A DNA stretch of 64,000 nucleotides from an uncultured delta proteobacterium (GTDB lineage: Bacteria > Desulfobacterota > Desulfomonilia > Desulfomonilales > Desulfomonilaceae). A model generated the notes under the pieces. That model was not told the origin of the DNA and searched no databases. It worked only from the letters and a program-made list of their open reading frames with translations. Of the stretch, positions 32,206 to 42,760 are shown in pieces; the stretch's first letter is position 1, and every line of letters begins with the position of its first letter. The stretch lies in NCBI GenBank assembly GCA_963789265.1, contig CAWBKB010000001.1:2272001-2336000 (forward strand). The letters run 5' to 3'. The translations under genes were made by a program, and so were the position numbers.

Positions 32206-32370
32206 GCAATAATTCTTCATAAATAGGTTTAACAACCGCGATGTGGAGAGGGAAGGTTCTCGAGAACCCTGGAGAGAGAGATTTAGCTCTGAAAAATGCT
32301 TCTCAGCCCTTAGCGACCAGTAAAGGCGAGCCAAAGCACTATTTGAAAAGACGCGAGGAAGGAGTGAAAG

Positions 32371-33576
32371 ATGACTACAGATGAGATCAGAGCGGTCTTG
32401 AACCTCCACAAGGAATGGTTGGAGGGCAGCGACCAGGGCAAACAGGCGGACCTAACAGGCGCGGATCTCAGGAGAGTTAATCTCAGAGGAGAGGATCTCC
32501 GGAAAGCAGTGTTCAGCCAGGCAGACCTTCGAGGTGCCGACATCTGCGACGCGAAGCTGGATATGGCGAATTTTAGTAAAGCAAGACTTAGAGGGGCCAG
32601 GCTTCTTCGATCGAGTTTGTGCGAGGCTGACTTAAGCGAAGCCGACCTGAGTGAAGCCAGACTTAGTATGGCGGACCTGAGCGGCGCAAACCTCAACAAA
32701 TCAGACCTCAGTGGTGCCAGACTAAGGGCTTGCACATTCAAAGGAGCTAATCTCAGGATGGTCGAAGCGACACGGGCCGATTTTTCCTCGTCCGATCTCA
32801 CGGGCGCCGATCTCAGCGATGCAGATGTTAGCGGCGCTAAGCTGGTGGACGTTGACCTAAGCGGCGCGAAACTCGTGGGGGCAAACCTCAGGCGAGCCCT
32901 TGCAAAGGGCGCAAAGCTCGCGGGCTGTGATATGACTCGGTCCAAGCTGAGCGGAGGTGACTTCAGCATGGCCGACTTGAGCGGGGCCAACCTGAGTGGT
33001 GCGAAATTGAGGGCTGCGGATCTGAGTCTGGCGGACCTGAGTAAAGCCGACATGTCAGGTGCGGATCTCGGCAACGCAAATCTGCAAAAGGCTAAATTGA
33101 GGAATGTGAATCTCACAAAAGCCAAACTTAAGGCCACCTTCCTGTATGGGGCCGACCTCGCGGGCGCAAATCTCAGCGATGCTAATCTAAATGGAGCGGA
33201 AGTGGCCGCAGCTAATCTCAGAGGAGCTAAGCTGACGCACGCTGATTGTTACAACGCTGACCTATCCAGGTCTGATTTCAGGGATGTGGATGCCAGGAAC
33301 GCCGATATTAGCAGGACGAATCTTCGCTCGGCAAATCTTGCCGGTGCGAACCTTGCGGGTGCGGACCTCAGTAGGGCTACTCTAACAGGTGCAAATTTGA
33401 TGGGGGCAGATCTAACACACGCGAATTTGGACATTTCAAATCTTAGGGCGGCGAACCTCAGCAACGCGAACCTCAGCGGTGCAACGTTTGTGGAGGCTGG
33501 AATGACGTTCGCCAACTTAGCGGGAGCGAACACCGAGGGCGCTAACTTCACAGGAGCCGAAGGGCTGAAGGAGTAG
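32371..33576 (+). CDS. Pentapeptide repeat protein
   Basis: About 70-75 consecutive A(D/N)Lxx repeats after an H-x-x-WL N-terminal cap. Confidence 0.93.
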   Translation: MTTDEIRAVLNLHKEWLEGSDQGKQADLTGADLRRVNLRGEDLRKAVFSQADLRGADICDAKLDMANFSKARLRGARLLRSSLCEADLSEADLSEARLSMADLSGANLNKSDLSGARLRACTFKGANLRMVEATRADFSSSDLTGADLSDADVSGAKLVDVDLSGAKLVGANLRRALAKGAKLAGCDMTRSKLSGGDFSMADLSGANLSGAKLRAADLSLADLSKADMSGADLGNANLQKAKLRNVNLTKAKLKATFLYGADLAGANLSDANLNGAEVAAANLRGAKLTHADCYNADLSRSDFRDVDARNADISRTNLRSANLAGANLAGADLSRATLTGANLMGADLTHANLDISNLRAANLSNANLSGATFVEAGMTFANLAGANTEGANFTGAEGLKE

Positions 33577-33699
33577 CGTCATCTCATGTGTAATAGTTGA
33601 GACTTTACCTGACAGAAGCATAGGATTTCAGATTGCACGGACAGAACTGTTTAGAGCAGTTGCCACAAACGATGTCCTTTTATTAGCGGGGCGTTGTAG

Positions 33700-33922
33700 G
33701 GGCGAATGGCATTCGCTCAGGGCAATGCCGCGTTCCGCGGGATCACCCTGGATTTCGATCCGCAGGTAGGTCGGGCCATGCCCGACGTCCCGCGTTTCGC
33801 GGGAGCGGCCGCGGGCCGCCCTACTCGATGCCCGTGTACGCGGGCATGACGACATGTAAGGGCGGGTTTGAAACCCGCCCTTACCAGAAACACGGTGTCA
33901 CTTGTTTGAAAGCGAATCGGTC
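33700..33922. repeat. Mosaic of REP-like palindromes
   Basis: gtaggggcgaatggcattcgc, gtaggtcgggccatgcccgac, gatgcccgtgtacgcgggcatgac, agggcgggtttgaaacccgccctt and tgtcacttgtttgaaagc. Confidence 0.7.
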
Positions 33923-34009
33923 TTAAAGATGATGCCCTCCTAAAACACAAGAGCCGAGATCTAGAAATTCCGAATTGACCGGATTTGAGGGGACTGGAAA
34001 TATTTTCGG

Positions 34010-34462
34010 TCACCCGAATGATTCCCCTTTTTCAGCGGGGGCCTCCACAATCAGCAGGGGGCGATGGGCCGTCTTCAAAACGCTCCTGGCAACGCTACCC
34101 ATCACAAGGTGCTTTACGCCGGTTCGGCCGTGGGTCCCGCACACGATCAAATCCACTGATTCTTCTTGTGCTAGGGAAATTATCACTTTGGGCGTTATAC
34201 CGCTTCGGCAATAGGTTTCCACATCCTTCACCAAATGGGCACACTCGTTTGCCATCATTTGAAGGCGCTCATGGGCGGAACGTTCGGTGGCTTCAAGGAT
34301 CTCATGAAGTTTTTCGGCCCAATCGACATAGCCGGGAAAATCGATCACATGGATGATGAGAAGTCGTGCTCCAAAGGCCTTCGCATAGTCGATTGCCAGT
34401 TCCCAAGCGGGACGGTTGTTCTCAGAAAAATCAGTGCAAAAAAGAATCTTCTTTGGAACCAT
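34010..34462 (-). CDS. Universal stress protein
   Basis: KILFCTDFS and DLIVCGTHGRTG...MGSVA motifs. Confidence 0.93.
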   Translation of the reverse strand: MVPKKILFCTDFSENNRPAWELAIDYAKAFGARLLIIHVIDFPGYVDWAEKLHEILEATERSAHERLQMMANECAHLVKDVETYCRSGITPKVIISLAQEESVDLIVCGTHGRTGVKHLVMGSVARSVLKTAHRPLLIVEAPAEKGESFG

Positions 34463-34784
34463 GGTGGATTCCTCCCTCTGATTAAGGTTGATGAAGGGCT
34501 ACATGGTAAGTCCCGCAATTCTTGTCCGATCGGCACATGAAGGAATCCCCCGCTTTTCTGGGCAGCGGACCAACATCAGCAGATGTCTTCACAGAGGGGT
34601 GCCACTCCAGGCCTACCCAGCAGTGGCACCCAAACTATCCTCTTCCTTTTTTGGACATCAAATGAAATCAGACAGAAATTTTGGCAACCGCCATGGGCTT
34701 TCAAAGATGATGCCCGCACTAAACCCAAGCGCTGCGGTCCACAAATTCCAAGTTTCCGCGCAAGGGGACGCGAGACTATTCACG

Positions 34785-35249
34785 TCACCCAAACGATTCC
34801 CCTTTTTCAGCGGGGGCCTCCACAATCAGCATGGGGCGATGGGCCATCTTCAAAACGCTCCTGGCAACGCTACCCATTACAAGGTGCGTCACGCCGGTTC
34901 GACCATGGCTCCCGCACACGATCAGGTCGACATGTTTTTCTTGTGCCAAGGTAACTATCTGCCTTGTGGCCATGCCGGTTCGGCAGAAGGTCTTCACATC
35001 CTTCACCAGATGAGCACATTCTTTTGCCATCAAATTAAGGCGCTCGTGGGCAGCATCTTCAGTGGCGTCAAGGACGTCACGCAGCTTTCCTTCCCAATCG
35101 CCGGCCCAAGCGACATAGTTGGGAAAATCGATCACGTGCAGGATGAGAAGTTGTGCGTCAAAAGCTTTCGCATAGTCGACCGCCATCTCCCAAGCGGGAC
35201 GACTGTTCTCCGAAAAATCAGTACAAAAAAGAATCTTCTTGGGAACCAT
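34785..35249 (-). CDS. Universal stress protein (paralog of the adjacent gene)
   Basis: Same motifs; highly similar to 34010-34462. Confidence 0.93.
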   Translation of the reverse strand: MVPKKILFCTDFSENSRPAWEMAVDYAKAFDAQLLILHVIDFPNYVAWAGDWEGKLRDVLDATEDAAHERLNLMAKECAHLVKDVKTFCRTGMATRQIVTLAQEKHVDLIVCGSHGRTGVTHLVMGSVARSVLKMAHRPMLIVEAPAEKGESFG

Positions 35250-35504
35250 GCTGAATACCTCGTTCTAATTAAGTTGGTGAACCGCTGCGGCCACCCCTGT
35301 CGGACCACCCATTGATCGTCCGCGTTCTTAAGCCAATATTATTGGGCGAGAAAGGCCGAGGAGTCTGAGTGAGCCTCTCCTTTTCTCTGGGCCAAACCCT
35401 CAGTCTTTCCGGTAAACAGTAGCGAAAAGTCGATATAACGCCGCAGTTTCGCTCATAACGGTCTGCTCGCTTCAACCAAAATCCCTTAACTCCTGATCGC
35501 TACT

Positions 35505-35798
35505 TCACGGTTCAAAGTAGATTGGGGTTCCGAGTTGCCCCAGTCGAAAGAGGTCCAAAACGTGATGACCGTCGTAGTCGAGGATGCGCAAGTCATCCTC
35601 CTGATGAAGGTCGCCGGTAATAACGTTGTAATGGTGTCCGTACTTTTGTTTCGCCGTGTCCAGGGGTACTTCAAAAGCAACGAATTTCTTGATTCCTTTC
35701 GTCGCCAGCTTTTCAGCCAGGCGGGAATCCGTAAGCGATTCATACGAAGTCAAGATGAGAATGGGTCCTGAACCGGTAAAGAAAATGCCTGCTTTCAT
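35505..35798 (-). CDS. Conserved hypothetical cytosolic protein
   Basis: MKAGIFFTGSGPILILTSY...DLRILDYDGH with an AAAGGAG RBS. Confidence 0.75.
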   Translation of the reverse strand: MKAGIFFTGSGPILILTSYESLTDSRLAEKLATKGIKKFVAFEVPLDTAKQKYGHHYNVITGDLHQEDDLRILDYDGHHVLDLFRLGQLGTPIYFEP

Positions 35799-35901
35799 GA
35801 CACATGCTCCTTTCTTGGGTTTCACCCACCGGAATTCGGCTCTTATTGAGAGTTGCGCATAGAATGGCGCAGAACTTCGTACCTCGTGACAAATATTCAG
35901 A

Positions 35902-37408
35902 TCATTCTTCCGGAGGGTTCAGGGGCAAGTAAATCGTAAACGTGGTCCCCTTCCCCACTTCACTTGCAACATCGATTCTGCCACTATGCTCCCTTATAAA
36001 CCCGTAACAAATGCTCAGCCCGAGCCCCACTCCTTTCACCTCCTTCTTCGTGGTGAAGAAGGCATCAAATATTCTTTCCACGTTGTGCGGTGGTATCCCA
36101 ACACCGGTGTCTCCGATTGTAACAACAACGTTCGCAGGTTCAGGATCAAATCGGCTGCAGACCCGGAGTTCTCCTCCATTCGGCATTGCAGTATTTGCGT
36201 TAATAACCATGTTGATAAACACCTGTTTCAAATGGCTCCCCACTGCCATAATCGAGGGAAGTTCCCGGGCAAGATCCGTTATCACGCGTATGTTAAGGTT
36301 CTGGAACTGTTTCTCATAGAACAACAACGTCTCTTCGATAAGCTTGTTGATGTCGGTGAGACTCTTCTTCTCGTCGTCCGGCTTGAAGAAACTTCAGCAT
36401 TTTTATTAGAAGACCTGAGGTCCGCTTGCACTCGTTATAGGCAAGGTCAAGGTATTTCTTACGTTCATGAGTGTCGGGCAGCGAGTCCTTTGTCAGTTCC
36501 AGGCAGTTCATGATACCGAAAATTGGATTGTTGAGCTCGTGAGCCAGTTGGGATGCCATTTTGCCCATAGCAGAGAGCCTTTCGGACTGAATCAATTGCC
36601 GGCGCAGGCGCTTCGCTTCTGTGATGTCGCGCATGAGTCCCTGATAACTCACAACCTCTCCTTCATCGTTCTTTGTGGCATAACCACTCATGGAGACATC
36701 TCGGACGGTCCCATCCTTTCGAGCTATTTGCAGCTCGTAATCATTGACCTCGCCTTCTCCGGTGATTTTCCCGCGGAATACGATTACATCGTCCGCGTTC
36801 ACGCATAGATCGCGGTAATAATTCATTCCCAAGAACTCTTCCCGAGCATAGCCTATGATATTCAAGAGGGCCGGATTGCAATCGGTTACCGTTCCCTTGG
36901 CATCGGCAATGAAGACTCCATCCCGGATACTATTGAAGAGGTCTCTGTATTTGGTCTCAGACTCCGCCAGTTGGTCTCGCATCAGCTTTTCTTGAGTGCG
37001 GTCCACAACGAAGCCGCGATATCCGCCAATATTTCCGTCTTTGTCTCTCCACACGTAACTGGATAGGCTCACGTAAATTGGTCTTCCATCCTTGCGCCTG
37101 AAGGTGCCCTCATATCCCCTGACAAACCCGTGCTCCTCAATTATCGCTTGGAATTTGGGTCTGTCCTCGTCATTGCCCCACAACTGAGTGTTAAGGTCTA
37201 TTGCGAGCACTTCCTGTTTAGTCGAATAGCCGAGCATGTTGACCAAAGCGTCGTTACAATCTATGAACTGTCCTTCCCGGGTAGAAATGTAAAATCCGTC
37301 TCTTGCCTCCGCAAAGAATTCCTTTTTATTGCGCTCGATATCCAAAAGTCGTCGCACGTTCTCCTCATCGCCTATTTTGTTGATCGAAAGAACATTTCGA
37401 TCAGACAT
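35902..37408 (-). CDS. PAS-PAS sensor histidine kinase, apparent frameshift near 36390
   Basis: Two PAS/PAC domains and H-box LAHELNNP. HATPase motifs QVFINMVINA, DTGVGI and GLGLSI lie in the adjoining frame. Confidence 0.9.
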
Positions 37409-37506
37409 GGGTGCCTCCAGGCTCGTCCGCCACGGTTTGGAAAGGTTTCACGGGGTTGCCTCAAGTCAACGAGACCCCCCGGACGATGATCGGACAAATC
37501 CTTAAT

Positions 37507-38385
37507 TTACTGGGCCAGATCGAGAATGCGGGGAACGACCTCCTCCTTCCCTATGGCCATGATGTGGACTCCGTCAGCGATCTTCTCCTTCCGGATGGTT
37601 TTGATCATACGTGCCGCGATTTGTATCCCCGTTTCCAGGGCCTTGCCTTTCGGTGCGCCGGCCAATTCGTCGATAAGGGCCTCAGGTACGAATATACCGG
37701 GCACATTCTTGTTCATGAACTTGGCCATCGGTGCGCTGGTAAGGAGCACGATGCCTGCAAGGATCTTGACCTTAAATTTCCTGGCATAATCCATGAAGCT
37801 TCTAAAATTATTGAGATCGTAAATCGCCTGGGTTTGTATAAAATCCGCCCCTGCGTCGATCTTTTTTTCAAATTTTATTAACTGCGGTTCCAGTGGCCGG
37901 GCCTCGGGCGTAACGATGGCCCCTTTGACGAAACGAGGAACGCCATCCAAGGAGTTGCCTGCCAAATCCTTTCCGTCCGACAACGTATGGAGAGCATCCA
38001 GCAACTGCACAGAATCGAGATCGAAAACGCCTTTGGCCTCCTTGTGATCACCAACGACCACAGCGTCGCCGGTGAGGCACAGAACGTTGTATATGCCTCG
38101 GCTGTAGGCGAAGAAAAGATCGGCCTGCAGGGCCAAGCGGTTGCGATCGCGGCAGGTCATCTGGAGAATGGGCTCGCCTCCCATTTCCTTGACCAGAAGG
38201 GCTCCTCCTAAAGAGGGGTATCTCAGTACCGAGCTTTGATTGTCGGTAATGTTCATCGCATCCACACGGTCCTTGAGTAATGCGATGTGATGCTTCATAG
38301 GCTCGATGTTGACCCCCTTGGGAGGCCCTATCTCCGCAGTCACAACGAATTTTCCTGAATCGAGAGCTTCCTTGAACCGGCTCAT
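37507..38385 (-). CDS. metF: Methylenetetrahydrofolate reductase
   Basis: VTAEIGPPKG, NITDN, QMTCRDRN, LTGD, FIQTQ and GVHIM motifs. Confidence 0.92.
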   Translation of the reverse strand: MSRFKEALDSGKFVVTAEIGPPKGVNIEPMKHHIALLKDRVDAMNITDNQSSVLRYPSLGGALLVKEMGGEPILQMTCRDRNRLALQADLFFAYSRGIYNVLCLTGDAVVVGDHKEAKGVFDLDSVQLLDALHTLSDGKDLAGNSLDGVPRFVKGAIVTPEARPLEPQLIKFEKKIDAGADFIQTQAIYDLNNFRSFMDYARKFKVKILAGIVLLTSAPMAKFMNKNVPGIFVPEALIDELAGAPKGKALETGIQIAARMIKTIRKEKIADGVHIMAIGKEEVVPRILDLAQ

Positions 38386-38430
38386 GCGAGGCCCCCTTTC
38401 TTGCTCGCGACACACCGACTGAATGCCCAT

Positions 38431-39102
38431 CTACTGCCTATCAGCCTCCCCGGGCGAAAGTACCAGATCCATGATGCCGGGTCTCAGGACAGCGTTGTGA
38501 TTCTTGGCAGGATGGTACCTTTTCATGCGGTCAAGCCGTCCCTGACTCTGCAGCCTGTTGTAGATAACCGTCCAGGCGCACTGCCTTCCGTCGCCAACCT
38601 CACACATCCCCTCGTTTGGTCCTCCGCATGGGCCATTGAGGAGCCCTTTGTGGCAAAGCGTCACAGGGCAAATTCCCCCTGTGTCGGCCAGAACGCACTG
38701 CCCGCATTGCATGCAGACCTCGGAATAGCGCCCGGTCGGTCCTTCCTTTCCCATGAATAGTGTGTCGAGGGCCGGCACCACAGGTTTCTTGAGCTGCGAA
38801 GCAGCAGTCTGGACGCCAAATGCGCACGACATGACCAAAACAGCGTCTGCGGCACCAAGGGAATCCTTGAAAGCGTGTCTCATCTCTGCAGTCACTTCGT
38901 CGCATCCTGTAGGTGGGATAGCAGTCCCGGTAACGATCTTTCCCGCACCTGTCAGTTTCTCGGCCATCGCCGCTACTTCTTCAATTCCGCCGGTACGGCA
39001 TAAGGTGGCACATGTGCCGCAGCCGATGAGGAAGATGCTGGCGTCGTCCGTTAGGCTCTCCAGAATTTGCTCGAAAGTTTTTTGTCGGGTAATAGTCTTC
39101 AT
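38431..39102 (-). CDS. metV: MTHFR small Fe-S/Zn subunit (MetV, MTHFR C-terminal domain)
   Basis: GCGTCATLC, CAFGVQ and CMQCGQC...CP...C.KGLLNGPCGG...CE...CAW; adjacent to metF. Confidence 0.88.
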   Translation of the reverse strand: MKTITRQKTFEQILESLTDDASIFLIGCGTCATLCRTGGIEEVAAMAEKLTGAGKIVTGTAIPPTGCDEVTAEMRHAFKDSLGAADAVLVMSCAFGVQTAASQLKKPVVPALDTLFMGKEGPTGRYSEVCMQCGQCVLADTGGICPVTLCHKGLLNGPCGGPNEGMCEVGDGRQCAWTVIYNRLQSQGRLDRMKRYHPAKNHNAVLRPGIMDLVLSPGEADRQ

Positions 39103-39130
39103 GGCCGGCCCCTATGAAGAAACAGTGCAT

Positions 39131-42100
39131 TTACAAGTCAGTGTCGGAACGATTCTCTATCTCTCTCATACGTTCCAAATCACATCTGAGGCACCGGGAA
39201 GCTTCTGTTCGGGCCTGGTCTTCGCTGAATCCAGTCTCCAGCTCACAGAAGCTCAATACCCGTTCTGCCGGACGCAGAGAGGGCATTTCGACTCTGGGTC
39301 TGGGCTGATCCAGTTCTTCAGGCCGCGACGGTGGCTCAGGAATCAGGTGGTATTTTTCATCTGTGATGACAAGAGGCGCTTTGATACCTCCCAAATAGCG
39401 ATCAATGCTCAATGCCGCTCGTCGGCCTGTAGCTATGGCATAGATGACCATGGACGGACCGGTTACAAAGTCTCCCCCGGCGAATATCCATGGAATGTTG
39501 GTACACAGCGTATCAGGATCCACTCTCAGGGCACCCCATTTTACCCGTTCCAGTCGAGAATCTGGGGGGAGGAAACTCAAGTCAGGGGCTTGTCCCACTG
39601 CCGGGACCACCATGTCTGCCTCGAGGAAGAAGTCCGTCCCTTCAATTGGCAATGGTTGCCGGCGTCCGGACTCGTCAGGTTCTGCAAGCTTCATACGGAT
39701 GAATCTCACGCCTGTAACCCTGCCATTGGACCTTTCGATTCTGGTAGGCGAAACCAGAAACTGAAACTCTATACCCTCCTCCTGGGCCTGATGGAATTCG
39801 TACGGCGAAACAGGCATCTCTTCACTGGACCGCCGGTACATGACAGTTACGTGTCGAGCCCCTTTGCGGAGTGCACTGCGGGCTGCATCTACTGCTGTGT
39901 TTCCGCCTCCGATTATGAGGACGCGGTTCCCGACGTGAACATGTTCTCCTGCTTTGACATCACGCAAAAGGTGAAGCCCATAGGAGAGTCCTTCGATGCC
40001 TCCTTCTTCACCGGGAATGCGTAACTCCTGGCTTCGGTGTGCTCCCGCCGCGACAAAGACTGCGTCATACCCCTCCGCCCGGAGATCTTCCAGGGTATGG
40101 AATTGGTTAATGGCGCTATCGTAGAGGATTTCCACTCCCTTGGCCTGAATGTACTCAATTTCTCGGGCGAGTACGTCTTTGGGCAAGCGGAACTCCGGGA
40201 GAGCTACGTCTAGCATCCCTCCACCGTGGGAAAGCGCTTCAAACACAGTTGTTCTGTACCCCATATTCGCCAGGAAGTAGGCGCAACTGAGGCCGGCCGG
40301 TCCGGCTCCAACTATGGCCACTCGCTGTTTCCTGGTGACGGGAAAGGGCTCCGGGGGCGCTTGATTCGCATACGCCCAGTCGGCCGCAAAACGCTTCAGA
40401 TACCGAATGGACACCGGTTGGTCCACTTCTCCTCTGCGGCATTTCCCCTCGCAAGGATGATGGCAGATACGCCCACACACCGCGGGGAATGGATTTCGTT
40501 CTCGGATAACATCTATCGCCTTTTCGTAATCACCCTGGCTGAGAAACGCTACGTACGAGGGGACGTCGATTCCTGCGGGGCATGTGTGCTGGCACGGAGA
40601 AAGGACCAGAGCTTCGCATACTCCGGCCGGGCACCTTTTTCTCAAGATATGGGCTTCGAATTCGTCGCGAAAGTACGTGAGGGCAGATAACACAGGATTC
40701 GGACAAGTCTGTCCGAGTCCACACAGGCTGGTGCTTTTTACTAGACGTGCGATCCTTTCCAGCCTGTCCAAATCCTTCATAGTCGCCTCCCCTTTGGTGA
40801 TCCTTGTGAGAATCTGCAGCATTTGCTTCGTTCCAATGCGGCAAGGGGAGCACTGTCCGCAGGATTCCTCAGCAGTAAACGAGACGAAATAACGGGCTAC
40901 CTCCACCATGCAGGTGTTTTCATCCATAACCACCATGCCGCCGGATCCCATGATGGACCCCGCAGCCTGGAGCGAATCGTAATCAATGGGCAAATCAAGT
41001 AATTTGTGAGGTATGCATCCGCCTGAAGGGCCGCCCATCTGGACTGCCTTGAACTGCCTGTTCTTTGGAATTCCTCCCCCTATATCGAAAATCACATGTC
41101 GTATGGTGGCTCCCATCGGAACTTCGACCAGGCCCGTGTTGATGACCTTGCCGGTCAAGGAGAAGATCTTGGTTCCTTTTGATTTTTCAGTTCCTAGAGA
41201 AGCATAGACCTCTGTCCCCATCCGTATTGCCAAGGGGACATTAGCCAGGGTTTCGACATTGTTGATCACAGTGGGACAGCCAAAGAGACCCTTTTGCGCA
41301 GGGAATGGCGGACGCGGGCGAGGCATTCCTCTGCGGCCCTCGATCGAGGCAATCAGCGCCGTCTCTTCGCCACACACAAAAGCTCCGGCTCCTTGAAACA
41401 AGCGGATGTTAAAATCGAATCCGCTGCCGAGAATGTTCTCGCCCAAAAGCCCAAGTTGGCGGGCTTGCCCGAGTCCTGTTTCCAACCGCTCGACGGCCAA
41501 AGGATATTCTGCTCGGCAGTATATGTACCCTTCTCTCGCGCCGATGGCATAGGCCGCTATGATCATCCCTTCTATGACCAGATGAGGATTGCCTTCCAAG
41601 ATCGACCGGTCCATGAATGCGCCCGGATCTCCTTCGTCGGCATTGCAGATAATGAATTTTCGGTTGCCTTTCGAGGCCCGAGCGTAGCGCCATTTAGATC
41701 CAGTTGGAAAACCCGCACCGCCTCGGCCTCTTAATCCGGAGCGCTCTATCGAATCTATCACTCGAGTGGGCTCCCATGAGGCGAGTACCTCTTCGACGGC
41801 GCTGTAGCCATCATGAGAAATGGCATCTTCGATTGAAGTGGGATCGATGCGTCCGTTAAGAGAGAGAACCGTCCTCTGCTGCTGAGCATAGAAGGGCACC
41901 TCCGACTCATAGAGAAATTTCTTCCCGTTTTCGAGGTCTGAGTACAGGAGCCTTCCAAGAATGTTGTACCTGACCACCGTCTCTTCGACCACTTCCCGCA
42001 CATCTTCCGGCTTAAGGCCGGGATAAAAAATACGTCGGGGCCCGATGGTGACCAACGGTCCTCGCTCGCAAAAGCCTCGACATCCCACTCGCTTTACTTT

Positions 42101-42283
42101 CACCTTTCCGGCCAGCCCTTGCTTGTGCAGCTCTTCCTCTAGCTGTGTAATCACGTCCTCGGCTCCCCACGCCTGGCATCCTGTGCCGGAACACACAGCT
42201 ATCTCGGTCACATTAGGATCAAGGTTGCGCTGGAGCGCCAGACGAAACTTCGTCAGATCGGCAAGGGAATTCAGACGTTCCAT
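39131..42283 (-). CDS. NuoF/HydB-like FMN subunit fused to a GltD/NfnB-like FAD/NADPH domain
   Basis: 1050 aa. NuoF motifs (GRGGAGFP, NADEGDPG, CGQCSPC) followed by PCQHTCP, CGRICHHPCE, GAGPAG, GGGNTA, YRRS and EASRCLRC. Confidence 0.92.
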   Translation of the reverse strand: MERLNSLADLTKFRLALQRNLDPNVTEIAVCSGTGCQAWGAEDVITQLEEELHKQGLAGKVKVKRVGCRGFCERGPLVTIGPRRIFYPGLKPEDVREVVEETVVRYNILGRLLYSDLENGKKFLYESEVPFYAQQQRTVLSLNGRIDPTSIEDAISHDGYSAVEEVLASWEPTRVIDSIERSGLRGRGGAGFPTGSKWRYARASKGNRKFIICNADEGDPGAFMDRSILEGNPHLVIEGMIIAAYAIGAREGYIYCRAEYPLAVERLETGLGQARQLGLLGENILGSGFDFNIRLFQGAGAFVCGEETALIASIEGRRGMPRPRPPFPAQKGLFGCPTVINNVETLANVPLAIRMGTEVYASLGTEKSKGTKIFSLTGKVINTGLVEVPMGATIRHVIFDIGGGIPKNRQFKAVQMGGPSGGCIPHKLLDLPIDYDSLQAAGSIMGSGGMVVMDENTCMVEVARYFVSFTAEESCGQCSPCRIGTKQMLQILTRITKGEATMKDLDRLERIARLVKSTSLCGLGQTCPNPVLSALTYFRDEFEAHILRKRCPAGVCEALVLSPCQHTCPAGIDVPSYVAFLSQGDYEKAIDVIRERNPFPAVCGRICHHPCEGKCRRGEVDQPVSIRYLKRFAADWAYANQAPPEPFPVTRKQRVAIVGAGPAGLSCAYFLANMGYRTTVFEALSHGGGMLDVALPEFRLPKDVLAREIEYIQAKGVEILYDSAINQFHTLEDLRAEGYDAVFVAAGAHRSQELRIPGEEGGIEGLSYGLHLLRDVKAGEHVHVGNRVLIIGGGNTAVDAARSALRKGARHVTVMYRRSSEEMPVSPYEFHQAQEEGIEFQFLVSPTRIERSNGRVTGVRFIRMKLAEPDESGRRQPLPIEGTDFFLEADMVVPAVGQAPDLSFLPPDSRLERVKWGALRVDPDTLCTNIPWIFAGGDFVTGPSMVIYAIATGRRAALSIDRYLGGIKAPLVITDEKYHLIPEPPSRPEELDQPRPRVEMPSLRPAERVLSFCELETGFSEDQARTEASRCLRCDLERMREIENRSDTDL

Positions 42284-42295
42284 GACGTCACTCTG

Positions 42296-42760
42296 TCAGG
42301 GTAGGTTCCTTAGGACAGCTTCTACCCTCCCGGCATTGAGCTTTCCGTAATAGGCTTTGTTTATGACCATAACAGGGCTCAAAGCGCAGGCCCCAAGGCA
42401 TGCCACAGTCTCGAAGGTGAACCGCATGTCTTCCGAGGTTGCGCCGTCTTCTAGCCCGGTAAACTTTTGGACCGTTGGGTCCACGGTTCTCCCGGCTCGA
42501 ACGTGGCAAGCCGTTCCACGACAGACCCTAATGACGTTTTTCCCCCGGGGCGTGATGGTAAACTGGCTGTAAAAGCTAATTACTCCGGTGATCTCCGATG
42601 GGAATATCTTTATGAACTTCGCTATAGGTTCCACCGTATCAGACGGAATGTATCCGAACTTTTCCTGAACCGCCTGAAGAACGGGGATAAGATTTTCGCG
42701 CACGGGTTGGAACTGTTTTAGAATTTCGTCTAAGAGCCCGATGTCCAATTCCTGTTCCAT
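42296..42760 (-). CDS. NuoE/HydC-like [2Fe-2S] subunit
   Basis: SFYSQF, CRGTACHV and CLGACALSP motifs. ATG 42760 has a GGAGG RBS. Confidence 0.92.
   Translation of the reverse strand: MEQELDIGLLDEILKQFQPVRENLIPVLQAVQEKFGYIPSDTVEPIAKFIKIFPSEITGVISFYSQFTITPRGKNVIRVCRGTACHVRAGRTVDPTVQKFTGLEDGATSEDMRFTFETVACLGACALSPVMVINKAYYGKLNAGRVEAVLRNLP

Noticed and set aside
38753..40024. 423-aa plus-strand ORF and other long antisense ORFs (e.g. 32310-33137, 19685-20530)
   Set aside because: They overlap well-supported genes on the opposite strand and have no recognisable motifs.
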